Translations under genes and position numbers: made by a program
Origin: Stegostoma tigrinum
Lineage: Eukaryota
Length of the DNA stretch: 64,000 nt
Reading direction: 5' to 3'
NCBI RefSeq assembly: GCF_030684315.1
Contig: NC_081366.1
Span: forward strand, 18,047,410 to 18,111,409
Notes under the pieces: generated by a model
The model's database searches: none
Seen by the model: the letters and a program-made list of their open reading frames with translations, nothing else
Told to the model about the DNA's origin: nothing
Shown here: positions 50,947 through 63,605 of the stretch, one piece after another
Layout of the letters: every line of letters starts with the position of its first letter
How positions within the stretch are numbered: position 1 is the stretch's first letter

Positions 50947-51670
50947 GTGAGCATTAATTACCACATTACGCATTCAGCCAAAGGCAGAATATCAGTTTGG
51001 TATTGGTAATCATAAATATTTGAATTATAGTTACATCAGATTTGAGTGTCAGTTTTTTTGTGATCAAATTTCCCTTTTTGAGACTGTATCTGCTTAGCTA
51101 TTGACAAAATGAGGAGCAAGTAAGGATTGCTATTTACTCAAATCTGCACTTGCTATTTCTTTGGGGCTGCTTAATAATACAGCAGTGTTAAAATACTTAT
51201 AACGCTTAGGTGCTCGTGTGTTTTAATCTCATTTTCTAATGTGAATTTTCTGAAGTGTTTTACTGTTTGTTCTAAGGAGATGGGCAGGCAACCCCTCTGT
51301 AGGGTGATCCCTTGCCTGTCATTAGGGCTTCTACAGTAGTAAACTGGATCATTTCCTCAATGTAATAATCTCCTGAGACTTGCCATCTGTGCTTTGCTCT
51401 GTATTTGCTTTGCACTTCCTCCGAACCACAAATGGGAATTGATCACATGGGAAAATGAGCTTGGGAAACTGCCTCCTACCATTCTGCCCATGATGTAGAT
51501 ATCTGGCAAAACGTTAATTTTGCAGTATTGATTTAATTCTGAAATTACTCCATTCCTGTCTAGTACAAAATGTTATTCTTCTGTGAAGTTCTATCAATTG
51601 CATTTATTGTCAGTTTCAGAGTTTTTATTCCCAATGGCTTGATTCTACTAATATATATTTTCTCCTGTAG

Positions 51671-51888
51671 ATTATAGGCTAGCTGGAATTCAGTCTGCAA
51701 TTATACCATCATGTCCTTCTGTAACCTGTGAGAAGAAGCCACTGCCACCACCTCCGAAGCACTCTGGTTTATCGAATAATTGTAAGCCAGTGCAAAACAC
51801 TACAGCCATGTCTGATTATGAAGTAAATTTGGAAGATGTTTTAACTCCATTAAATAAAACATTGGAGACTTGTAGGAAACATATAAAG
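51671..51888 (+). CDS. SRA1: SRA1 exon 3
   Basis: Open frame with a Pro-rich linker, ending EDVLTPLNKTLETCRKHIK|gtaagt; phases fit the neighbouring exons. Confidence 0.9.
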
Positions 51889-52509
51889 GTAAGTGGAGAA
51901 TGAATGAAATTATTTCAAAAATTAAGAAATTGCTCCAGGCTTAAGAAATCTCATCTGAGTAGGTTATAAAAATGCTACAGATACAATGCTGTATGACGAG
52001 AAGTGGTCAACATAATACTATATAGATATGCACTTGCTCAAATCAGCCACAGATGCAACATTAAACACTTAGCACAACTAAGTACCATAATAGAGAGAAA
52101 ATGTTGATTCAGGTAACTATTTAATTGCAACTGAGTTTTGTGCCTCAGGAATACTGAACATTAGTCGAGAAGTTCCTCATAAAATGAGAAGATCACTCCA
52201 GCATTTCCACACTCCTCACAGCACTTCATTGTAGAGTTAATTTGACAGTTGTGGAAGCTTGGAGGAACAACTTTGCATACACATTCCCAGAGTATCGAAT
52301 ATCCGTGCACACTAGCAAAGTTGATGTATGGAAAAAACACAAATTTTCTACTTTTGTAGAAAAAAATCTCATTCCTCTCTTGAAAACATTCCAAAGGTAA
52401 TTCACACACAGCAATCATTTGGTATTCCATTGTTAAATTTGCATGTTGGGTAGGCCTTATGTTGACACTTGGGCGCTGCAAACCACAATGAGATGGATGC
52501 CACATTTGT

Positions 52510-52815
52510 AGAATGTAGAATCCCAACAGTGTGGAAAGAGGTCATTTGGCCCAGAGTCCATAATGACCCTCCAGATTATCCCCCCCAGACCCATAACTCC
52601 ACTTTACCACATTCTGCCCATCCCTGAACAATTGAGCATGGCCAATCCACCTAATCTGTACATCTTTGAACAGTACAAGGAAACTGGAGCACCCAGCTGA
52701 AACCCACACAGACATGGGGAGAATGTGGAAACTCCGCACATAATTACTTAAGACTGGAATTGAACATGGATCCCTGGCGATGTGCGGCAACAGTGCTAAC
52801 CACTGTGTCACCATA
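52510..52815 (-). mobile_element. HE1/V-SINE-type SINE
   Basis: Reverse complement of the same family. Confidence 0.8.
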
Positions 52816-52844
52816 TCACACAGAACTAAGTAGATTTATTTTTT

Positions 52845-53157
52845 AACACTGTGCAGCTGGAGGAACACAGCAGGCTGGACAGTATCAGGGGAGCACGAAA
52901 GCTGATATTTTAGATTGGGGCCCTTCTTCTGAAATGGGGGAGGGGGAAGGGAGCTCTGAATTAAATAGAGAGAGGAGGGGTGCGGATGGGGAAGATAGGT
53001 GGGATAGTGATAGGTGAGTGTGGGTAGGCAGCAGTGGGGATTGGTCAATTAGATGGGAGAGGAGACACAGGCCAAGGAGGCGGGGATGAGAGGAAGGGTT
53101 GGTCATGTGTTGCTGGGGTGGGGAGATTTTGAAGCTAGTAAAGTCCACATTGAAACC
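52845..53157 (-). mobile_element. Older Penelope-like terminal fragment
   Basis: Encodes FNVDFTSFKISP, followed by a purine-rich terminal region and a degenerate hammerhead. Confidence 0.75.
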
Positions 53158-53159
53158 CT

Positions 53160-54240
53160 TCCTATTCATATACCCATCCAGATGCCCAGAGATGTTGTAA
53201 CTGTACCAGCCTGCACCACTTCCTCTGGCAGTTCATTCCATATATGCAGCACCCTCTGCATGAAAATCTTGCCCCTTAGAACCCTTTTACATCTTTCCTT
53301 CCCCCCCCCCCCCCACAAACCTTAAACCACCCCACTTCAGGGAAAAATCCTTGTATCTTCACTGTATTCATACTACTCATGATTTTATAAACTTCTCTAA
53401 GGTCACCCCCTCATCCTCTGATGCTTTGGAGAAGATAGCCGCAGACTATTCAGCCTCTCTCTATAGCGTAAACCCTCCAATCCTGGAAAAATCCTTAAAT
53501 CTTTTCAGAACCCTTAACTTTCATAATATCCTTCCCATAGCAGGGAGACCAGAAATACATGCAGTATTCCAAAGTGGCCTAACCAATGTCCTGTACAGCT
53601 ACATGACCTTCCAACTCCTATACTCGATGCACTGACTAATGAAAGCAAGCGTACCAAACTCAGTCTTCACTATCAAATCTACCTGTCACTGCACTTTCAA
53701 GGCTTCTTTGTTCAGCAACATTCTCTAGAACCTTACCATTAAGTGTATAAGTCCTTCCCTGATTTGTCTTTCCAAAATGCAGCATCTCATATTTATCGAA
53801 ATTAAACTCCATCTGTCACTCCTCGGCCCATTGGCCCATCTGTTTGAGATCCTGTTGTACTGTGAGGTAGCCTTCCTTGCTGTCTAATGCACCACCAGTT
53901 TTGGTGTCATCTGCAAACTTATTAACCATACTTCTTATATTCACATCCAAATCATTCATATAAATGACAAAAAGCAGTGAACCCCGCACTGATACTTTTG
54001 GCACACACTGGTCACAGGCAACCTGTCTGAAAAGCAATCCTCCACCACCACCCTCTGTCTTTTACCTTCGAGCCAGTTCTTAATCCAAATAGCTAGTTCT
54101 CTCTGTATTTTGTGTGAGCTAACTTTGCTAATCAATCCACCATGATGAACTTGTTGAACACCTTACTGAAGTCCATATAGATCACATTCACTGCTCTGCT
54201 CTCGTCAGTCCTCTTTGTTAGTTCTTCAAAAAACTTAATC
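53160..54240 (-). mobile_element. CR1 LINE fragment in SRA1 intron 3
   Basis: LLFVIYMNDLD...KFADDTK remnant and CR1 3' region. Confidence 0.85.
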
Positions 54241-54555
54241 AATCACAATGTGTCAGTGATCACAGATCTTCATATCCTAAATGTTTAAATTTAGTCTGTT
54301 GCAAAAGCTATCGTTAATGAATTGACTGATCATGCATAGGAATTAGAGTAGTGCATATGGATATTAAATTAACTGGTAATATAATGGTGGAAACTGTTTT
54401 TCACAAGAATGTCAAATTTTTATTTTAAATCAATATTTTGATGGTCACTGTCAAGCTGCATGAAGAATATTGCATCATTTTGAATGTGCAAAAGTTTCAA
54501 CGTTCAGTGGCAGTAACAGCTAATCATTGAATTTCTTCTCAAATTTTGTATGTAG

Positions 54556-54664
54556 AAACAAGTTTGTGATGATATTGCCAGAAGGCTACTAATGCTTCAG
54601 GACATGTGGCAATCAGGAAGGCTTTCTGTATCAGTCCAGAATAGGATGCATCTGCTCACGCAAG
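54556..54664 (+). CDS. SRA1: SRA1 exon 4
   Basis: KQVCDDIARRLLMLQDMWQSGRLSVSVQNRMHLLTQ. Confidence 0.95.
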
Positions 54665-55731
54665 GTAATCTTTCATGATGTCCTATGCTTTGTTCAGTTT
54701 CTTATAGAGATACCAGAATAGAATGTGCTGAGAGATTTCATAAAATGCTCTACAAATGTGAGTTGCACTTGTAAAGGCTTCAAAGTCTCAATTTTAAGCA
54801 TGAGTGAGTGTAACTGTGAAAGCTGTGGGTATAAGGACAAACTTGTAATTTTTTAACTAGAACGTGACTTGAGCAGAAGTAGACTTTGCCCCACCATACT
54901 CTGCCTTTCAATTCAAATTCACTTTGCTAACAGACGCCATTTACTTTGGTTCCCTGAGTGCTCAAAGATATGTCTACCTCATCCTGAAATATATTCAATG
55001 GTGGAGCCTCTACGTACTTCTGGGTAGATAATTGCAAAAATTTTCAATCTGAAGTGTGAACAGTAAAGAAATTTCTTCTCATCTCAGTTCAAATGGACTG
55101 TTAATAAAGGCACTGGCCAGAAAACAGATGCTTTATTCTCCACTAAAGAAGGTAAAATCAGTAAGTAATTAATTCAGCTCTAGTTCTATTAATTTCTGAG
55201 CAACTGAAATAGAATTAATGTTTCAGATTGAAATTTCTTCAGAACTGGGCTGAGCTAGAAATAGAATAGGTGTTAAGTCGGGCAAATGTGGGGGATGATA
55301 GCAAAAGATTTGTTGGAATTTCGAAATATATTTGTCAAGAAAAACTATTATAAAATGAGAGCCCTTTACAAAATCTCTAATGATGAAATGCTTATTTTAG
55401 TCAACTTTTTAGATTAAGTCCTCCATCATGAAATATAGAAACATCTGCCATTTTACTCATGGGGCTTTCATAGTCATAGATCCTGGCAGTGGAATGCAAA
55501 CAATTCTGTCTATTTTATGCGTTTCTTTTTATTGCTCACTTGTTCGTTTCACTTCACACTGACATCTAGTTCCCCTTCACCTATTCTGCTCTGAGTCACC
55601 AAGAGGTGGAATGTGCAACATTTCACCATCTCCTTTCCTTGTCGTCTTCAGCATATCTGTATTGTTGTAAGTAGCATTTGGTTAATGACACATTTAAGTT
55701 CTAAGAACATGTTGTATATCTTTGTTGACAG

Positions 55732-55886
55732 AAATGGAGCACCACAATTGGGATTCTGCCGATGAAATCCACAGATCTTTGATGGTTGACCATGTGAATG
55801 AAGTGGGACAATGGATGGTTGGAGTGAAACGCCTCATTGCTGAAACCAAAAATCTACCATCTGACCTTACTGACTGTACAAATTAA
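55732..55886 (+). CDS. SRA1: SRA1 exon 5 (terminal)
   Basis: [38 protein letters not shown]...*; total 636 nt = 211 aa. Confidence 0.95.
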
Positions 55887-57999
55887 AACTGAGACATAAA
55901 GAACTGAGGCACTATGTTCAAAATGTTGATGACGGTCCAGTGAGTGTACTGTTCTTCAGTGAAAATGCAGCAATGGATCAAAATTAGAAAATATTGACAG
56001 AAGGAATAACAATAACACTTATTAATGATTCCTGTATTCAGCAGGAAAGAAAGCATGTATTCAGGCTGTACTCTATTTTAATACTGTTGAAGAGTTTACA
56101 AAAGCACTTTAGCCTTAAAAAAAATGGACTGAGCTTCTCAATGACTTGATCATTCTTGAGCTGCCAGGAAGCTGCTACAATTGTCAAATCTTGTTTGTGC
56201 GTTCTGTTTGGAAGGCAAGTGTGTTGACTATATAAGTTTCCTCTGCCACAGGGAATACGGTGAAGCTTCAATGCTACAAACACATAGGACTCTTCCAGAG
56301 AAGAGTTTCATCTTTTACTTGGCTTGTCTTCCTGACATCTATAGAAATGAGCTTTCGATTTAATTTTGCTCCAAGTGATTCAAAACTTGTGGCTTTCCTG
56401 CTGCATTTTATATTTTTAAAATGATTATTAAAGATTCAAGGTGGAGAGTCATCTTGAAAATTTTGGGTTGCTGTGTGTTTAAAGTGTTTCCCTTTATAGG
56501 AGAAAAACTTTTTCTTTCATTCACGTTCATCTGTGTATGCCATTTTCCTTATTTGGAAAGTGTGATTGAATGTGATGAGGTTAGCTGCGTGATTGGCCTA
56601 ACCAGAGTTCCATTTAAGGTGAAGGTTGTTTTCCTTCCCTTTTCCTAATCAAACTTAGCTTTGGATGTACTGTGGAAAAGTTAGGAGCAAAGCATTGCCC
56701 TCTTCTTCTGAAAAATCTGTCCAGATATTTTCTTGCAATTAATTGTAACTGTACAACTGCATTTTTAACCTTTTAACTGTTTTCATAATTACTCAATTTA
56801 TGAAGTCACTTGTAATGTAGGATGCTGATACTTTCATAGCCAATTTCCCACCATTCCTGGCCTTGGATGTAGAAGAAGGATTTGTCTCCTTGCTCTCCAT
56901 CCCTGACCAAGAATAATGTCATTGCCTTTTCAATTAATAAAAGAAGAATGTGGTTAGTATTTTCTTATGATTCCTGCGAGAGAGGCTTTGCAAAATGCAA
57001 TCAGAATCCTCATCACAATTAAGTGTTCTTTGAATTTTTGTTCATATCATAGTGATCATGTTTCTAATTTTGCCAGATAGCAAAAGAACAAAATGGTTGT
57101 GGGTTGAATGTATTAGCGAATGTGCTGTATCTGAGTATCCTGGATACATGGATAGGGAAAGGGAGCTGGCAATAAGGGTCAGTCTATCTTCATTTTATCC
57201 TGAAGTTGTGAAAGTGATATCGAGTGTATATTAACACGTCAAAGGGATATTTATTTCATTCTCTTCCATGAAGTTGAGGAAGGCAAATCTCTACCGGTCC
57301 ACACAAACACGTACATTGTAGCATAAGTCTGCAATTCCATCAGAAGTCTGACTCTTTATAGAAAGGATGAAGAAAACCTGGCCTTATAGCATTAACTACA
57401 GCTCTACATCCAATTGAGGTTATTGAACATGGATTAGTTTTAAAGAAATGCAATGGATTCTGGCCTTTGGACTTCTTTGAAGCCTTTTTAATAAATAGAT
57501 CAGCATAAAAGCTATGCTCATGCATGTCAGTTATTAAGAAATTCTATTGAGCTTAAGTGACCAATGGAGAATCCTATTTAGTTTGAATTGATCACTTTTT
57601 AGAGTTTGATTCAGTTTAGTATGTTTTTCTCAGATTGAATTTAAACATTGAACAAAATCAATTGATAAAATTTATCGTTAACCCTGGAACATTTGAAATT
57701 TCAGGAATTAGGTTTTATCCAGTGACCATAATACATAGTAAGAACTTTGTTATCTTGATTACTTTTCAACAGCAAATATGACCTGATCTGTTGAGCCTTG
57801 CTCATATCCAGTGCCATTCATTTTCAGTTGTGTTTCTAACTTGAGGCATTGTGTTTTTGTTTTTCTCCCAGCAGAAACAAATAGCTGCACATAATTAGTG
57901 ATAATGGGAACTGCAGATGCTGGAGAATCCAAGATACGCTGCACATATTTAGATTTTTTTTCTGTAGTTTGCTACTTTTGCTGCTGCCGTCTCACTTTT

Positions 58000-58125
58000 T
58001 TGTGAGGAAGGGTCACTGGACCCGAAATGTTAACTCCGATTTCACTTCACAGACGCTGCCAGGCCTGCTGAGCTTTTCCAACAATTTCTGGTTTATAGCA
58101 TCTGCAGTTCTTTTTGGTTTTTATC
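58000..58125 (+). mobile_element. PLE terminal fragment (second family)
   Basis: GTGAGGAAGGGTCACTGGACCCGAAATGTTAAC hammerhead remnant plus terminus. Confidence 0.6.
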
Positions 58126-58489
58126 TCACTTTTCTTTTGCTGGATGTTGATGGTTAAACTTCATAGAATGGATCCCTACCCAGAAATGAATGCTGTCAGT
58201 GGATCATGGTTAGGTTTTAGATTAAATTAAGGATCAAACTTTCTCATGGAAAGCTGTGTGTCGTGTTTTATTTTATGCGGGGGGTGGGGAGTGGTGGCAA
58301 TCTGAGGCGTGTTGAAATGTTGGGCTGTGTGACCTCATTTTATGAAGAAGTGCTGGGTTGACGCTCAGCCTTCCTGAGGCACAAAAGTCTGCAATGAAAG
58401 CGACACCTGAAGGAGACTCCTGTCTCTATTATAACATATTATAGGCCAGTAAATGATGAATGGGAAATCTGGTGCAAGATAAAAGCCCA

Positions 58490-58900
58490 TACAGAGAGGG
58501 CAGCGGGTGTGGTTAAAGAAGGGACTGGGAACCTTTCTTCCGGGTTGCAGCGGGTGGGCCGGACTGTTTTGTGCGTTGGGGTGGGAAACTGGATTAATAT
58601 CTTAGATGCGCGGGGAAGATGAACAGTTTGACGTCGCGGTTTAACTCGCTGTTGGCCTTCACAGTGATGGTGATGGCGGCGCTGACCTTCCTGGTGTTCC
58701 TGAGTACAGTATTCCAGCAATCCCGGGTACCAGTCAGCATCCGTGTGAGCGGCATCTCTCTGTGAGTGTGCTATCCAGCAACCAGGGCCCGCTAGTTTAG
58801 CTCCTCACCCACACACCATTACCCGGGAGGGGTGGGGATGTGTGGACTCTTCTCCTCTGGACCCCAGTGCAAACCGGGCCGTGGACCTTGCCCTGTACCA
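58490..58900 (+). promoter_or_regulatory. CpG island over the first exon of the SPCS3-like gene
   Basis: Local CpG and GC enrichment around the ATG at 58619. Confidence 0.6.
58619..58761 (+). CDS. SPCS3: Exon 1 of a signal peptidase complex subunit 3 (SPC22/23)-like gene; remaining exons not found in window
   Basis: MNSLTSRFNSLLAFTVMVMAALTFLVFLSTVFQQSRVPVSIRVSGIS(L)|gtgagt, 143 nt ending in phase 2. Aligns without gaps to the recalled SPCS3 N-terminus (MNTVLSRANSLFAFSLSVMAALTF...VPV..VS.I.L). Confidence 0.82.
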
Positions 58901-58996
58901 TTTTCATCCCGGTCACAATTGTGGGCAAAGGCTGAAGAGCTTTTCTTCCTTTCAGGACGAAGGCTGGCCTAAAACAGGCAGCTTTTCAGACTTAGA

Positions 58997-59341
58997 AGAT
59001 AATAAAATGTGAGGCTGGATGAACACAGCAGGCCCAGCAGCATCTCGGGAGCACAAAAGCTGACGTTTCAGGCCTAGACCCTTCATCAGAGAGGGGGATG
59101 GGGAGAGGGAACTGGAATAAATAGGGAGAGAGGGGGAGGCGGACCGAAGATGGAGAGTAAAGAAGATAGGTGGAGAGTAGAGTATAGGTGGGGAGGTAGG
59201 GAGGGGATAGGTCAGTCCAGGGAAGACGGGCAGGTCAAGGAGGTGGGATGAGGTTAGTAGGTAGATGGGGGTGCGGCTTGGGGTGGGAGGAAGGGATGGG
59301 TGAGCGGAAGAACCGGTTAGGAAGGCAGAGACAGGTTGGAT
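58997..59341 (-). mobile_element. Young Penelope-like terminal fragment (same family as 19604-21875)
   Basis: Nearly identical to 19604-19943. Confidence 0.9.
59062..59089 (-). ncRNA. Minimal type I hammerhead ribozyme motif (PLE-borne)
   Basis: Minus strand CTGATGAAGGGTCTAGGCCTGAAACGTC. Confidence 0.7.
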
Positions 59342-59344
59342 ACA

Positions 59345-62300
59345 GACTCATCCATGTGCATCAGATGTTGAAAATTAATCTAGTCCCATTTGGCCCATAA
59401 CCCTCTTTCAACCCTTTGCATTCATATACTCGTCCAGATGTCTTTTCAATGTTGTAATTGTACCAGCTTCTACCACTTCCTCTGGCAGCTCACTCCATAC
59501 ACGCACCACCTTCTGTGTGACAAAGTTGCCCCTCAGGTTCCTTTTCTTTCAAATCAGACCCCTCTCAACTTAAACCTATGCCCTCCTCTACCCTGGGCAA
59601 AAGGCCTTGGCTCTTCACCCTACTGATGCTGCTCACCATTTTATAAACCTCTATTAGGTCATGCCACAGCCTTTGACACTCAAGGGAAAAAGGCCCAGCC
59701 TATTCAGCCTCACCCGATACCTCAAATCCTCTAATCCTACTTGAAACCATTCCTGTAAATCACTTCTGCCCCCTCTCTTTCCAGTATATTCACATCCTTC
59801 CTGAAATGTGGTGTCTACAACAATAGACAATATCCCAGCTGAGTTCTAATAAGGATCTTCTACAAATGTGCTTCTAAGACTTTGCTGATTTACATTTATA
59901 AAGCATTAGAATTATTTTACAGCACAGAGACAGGCTATTCCCTTGACACTAACAGATTCAACACAAAATAATTTTTTGTATCCCTCCGCATATCTCTTTA
60001 TTCCCTCACACGTTTCTCTTGCTTCCCCTGAACACACACTATTTGTCTAGACCACTCTATTTAGGAGTGAGTTCCATGTCCAAACCACTGGTCTGAATAA
60101 AGAGGTTTCTTCTGTGTTTCTCATTAGATTTATTTGTATCTCATGTTTACAACCTCATCCACAACTGGAAAAAACTTCTATCTAACATATCAATCTCCAA
60201 CAAAACCTTGAAGAGCTCTCTCAGGACTCCTTCTGCTAGTTCTTTTCTGGAATATACAGCGTCAGACTGTTCTGTTTATCCTGTGATGGTCTCAGAATAG
60301 TTACAAAACAGAATGAGGCCATTTAGTCCTAAATCTGTACTGACCTGCTCGAGCAACTCCATAAGACCGTAAGATACAGAAACTGAATTAGGCCACTTGG
60401 CCAATCATGTCTGAACCACCATTTGGTCATGTCTGATATGTTCCCTACCCTATTCTTCTGTCTTCTCTCCAAAACTCTAATTCCCCTTAATAATCAAGAA
60501 CCTATCTATCTTTCTTAAAGACACTCAATGACTTCACCTCCACAACCATCTGCGCCAATGAGTTCCACAGATTCGCCACTGTCTGGCTGAAGAAATTCTT
60601 CCCCATCTCAGTTGTAAAGCCCTTTGGTCCTAGTATTTCTACTTGGGAAACATTTTCTCTACATTCACTGTATCCAGGCCTCTTAGTATTCTGCAGGTTT
60701 CAATCAGACACTGCCCCTGCCCCCCCACCCCATCCTTCTAAACTGCATCAAGTACAGACCTCGAGTACTCAAACTCTCCTCCTTTGAAAAGCACTTCATC
60801 CCAGGATGATTCTTGTAAACCTACACTGGAACCCTTTTAATTCCAGCACGTCCTTCCTTAGAAACGGGGCCCAAAACTGCTCTCAGTATTTCAAATGCAG
60901 TCTGACCAGAACCTTATACAACCTCAGCAGTACATATCTGCTCTTGTGTTCTAGTCCTCTTGAAGTGATTGCTAACATTAAATCAGCTTTCCAAAATGCA
61001 AACTGAACCTGCCTGTGAACCTTAAGTGAATCCTGAACTTGGAATCCCAAGTCCCTTTAAGCTTCAGATATCTGAACTCCCTCATTGTCCTGCAATTTCT
61101 TTCTCTTTCATTCCCTTTTAGAAGCCTCAGTTGACCCTGGCTCCACCACACTCCCACACACTACATTCAGCTCCCAACTGCTCATTGGATAATAAGTTTT
61201 TTTATCCTCACCTTACCTTTGATTCTTTCGTCATTCACCTTAAATTGATATCCTCTGCTTCTCAACCCTTCCATCAATGAGAATCATTTCTCTCTATCCA
61301 GGCCCTGCAGGATTTTCAGCTCATTGTTTGATCAAATTTCCTCTTGAAGGGGGACAGTCCCATCTTTCCCAGTGAACCAGTACAAATTAAGTGGATGCTT
61401 TTTAATTTTGATTATTTAGCATCAAGGCAGGTGTCTCATCCACATAATGGTGGAGCAGGGACCTTGTGGCAAAGTTGTACAGCATGGAAACAGACCCTTT
61501 GGTTCAACTCGTCCATGCTGACCAGATATCCGATACAGATCTGGTCCTATTTGCCCGCATTTGACCCCATCCCTCTAAACCCTTCCTATTCATATACCCA
61601 TTCAGATGCCTTTCAAATGTTGTAATCATACTAGCTTTCACCACTTCCTCTGGCAGCTCATTCCACACATGCACCACCCTCTGCATGAAGAACATTGCTG
61701 CTTAGGTCCCTCTTATGACTCTATTCTCCCTGTCACCTTAAACCTATGCCCTCTAGTTTTGCACCCACCCAAACCCAGGGAAAAGACCTTGTCCCTTTAC
61801 CCTATCCATGCACCCCATGATTTTACAAGCTGCTATAAGGTTGCCATGATTTTATAAGCCTCTATAAAGCTCCCCCTCAGTTTCTGATGCTCCAGGGAAG
61901 ATAGCCCCAGCCTGTTCAACCTCTCCCTATAGCTCAAGCCCTCCTAAATAGATTAACTGGATAGATGATGTTTCTATTTGTGCAGGGTCCAAACCCAGAG
62001 CCCACAAATACATCTTCAATAATTAACTCAGGAGTCATACCAAGGAATGGTAGACTAGATACTTGCTGCTGCAAGAAATAAGACCATAAGGCATAGGAGT
62101 AGAAATAGAACAGTCAGATCATTGAGTCTAAAGTGCTGTTCAATGAGATTGAGGGTGACCTGATAATCCTCAACTCCAATTTCCTGTCTTTTCCCCATAA
62201 CCTGTTATTCTCTTGCTGATTAATAACCTATCTCAGCATTGAATGGACTCATTGACCCTGCCTTTACAGACTTCTGCGGTAAAGAATTCCACAGAATCAG

Positions 62301-63320
62301 TACCCTCTCAAAGAAGAAATTCATTCTCATTTCTATTAAATGGGTGACACCTTACTCTGAGAATATGCCATTTGGACCTAGACTTTCCCAGAAGGGGAAA
62401 CGACATTGCTACAACTACGCTGTCAATTCCCCTAAAAATTGTGAATCTTTCAATAAGGTCATGTCTCATTTTTCAAACCCTGATGAGTACGGGCTCAGCT
62501 CACTTAATCTTGCAATATGGTCCCTCCAACATCTGGGGGCAAACTACTGAAGCTTCTCTGGATTGCCTTCAGTACCAGTTTGTTTTTAATCAAAATTGAT
62601 TTCTTTATTAAATCAAAAGATGAGGCAAGGATGAACACCTTGATGAATGTGTTTCCAAAGCTGTTAACTGTGTTACAATTGGGGAGTAGGTATCAATCCA
62701 CCACTTTGCACAAATTTCAGAACTCACTCAGACAAAATTTCAACCATTAGCAGTCTGCCAGAAGTTACTGCTGAAACATCCAATATCTTTCCTTAGATAA
62801 GGGGAACAGAGGTGTTCACAGTACTCCAGCTGTGATCTCATTAATGTACTGCATATTTTAGCAAGGCTTCCCTATTTTTACAGAGATAGCGAGAGCTGCA
62901 AATGCTGGAGTCAGTGTCAAAACAGTGTCGGAGCTGGAGAACCACAGGAGGTCAGGCAGCATCAAACGAGCAGGAAGGTCAACATATCAGGTCAACAAAC
63001 CTAAAATGTTGACCTTACTGCTGCTCTGATGCTGCCTGACCTCCTGTGTGCCCCCAACTCCACACTATTCCCTATTTTTATACACTATTCCCTTCGAAAT
63101 AAAAGCAAACATTCCATTAGCCTTACCTATTAACGACTGAACTTGTCTGCTGGCTTTTTGTGAAGCATGCCCAAGAACCCCCAAATTTCTTAGTGTTGCA
63201 GATTTCTGTAGTTTTTCCACATTTCATAACATCCAGCTCTTATTAAATAACATTCTTCCTGTCAAAGTGCATAATCTCATAATTCCCCTTATTTTATCCA
63301 TCTCCCAAGCTTTTGTCCAC
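59345..63320 (-). mobile_element. Pile of CR1 3' fragments in the putative SPCS3-like intron 1
   Basis: Repeated ccacttcctctggcagctcattcc motifs; FFMQRVVHVWNELPEEVV remnant (61504-61695). Confidence 0.75.
62881..63067. mobile_element. Mini palindromic PLE derivative
   Basis: Inverted termini; perfect 13-bp TSD TTCCCTATTTTTA (62868-62880, 63068-63080); inserted in a CR1 remnant. Confidence 0.8.
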
Positions 63321-63414
63321 AATTGAGATGCAACCAGCTTAGATACCTTTTAAGGGGAAATTAAGTAAGGAGATGAGGGTGAAAGGAATAGAGTGAAGTA
63401 TTGTTACAGTAAAA

Positions 63415-63605
63415 TATTGCTGTAAATCTGAAATAAAATACTGGAGCAACTCAGCAGGTCTGGCAGCATCAGTAGAGAGAGAGAAAGAGTAAATGTTTCA
63501 ATTCCGATATCACTTTGCTATGTATGCTGAAGAGGCATATCAGAGTTGGAACAGTAACTCTTTTCTCTCTCCACAGATGCTGCCAGACCTGATGAATTTC
63601 CCTGG
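63415..63605. mobile_element. Mini palindromic PLE derivative (second family, old)
   Basis: caggtctggcagcatc is inverted against gatgctgccagacctg. Confidence 0.6.

Noticed and set aside
58439-58720. 93-aa minus-strand ORF with a His run
   Set aside because: Antisense shadow of the SPCS3-like exon in a GC-rich island.
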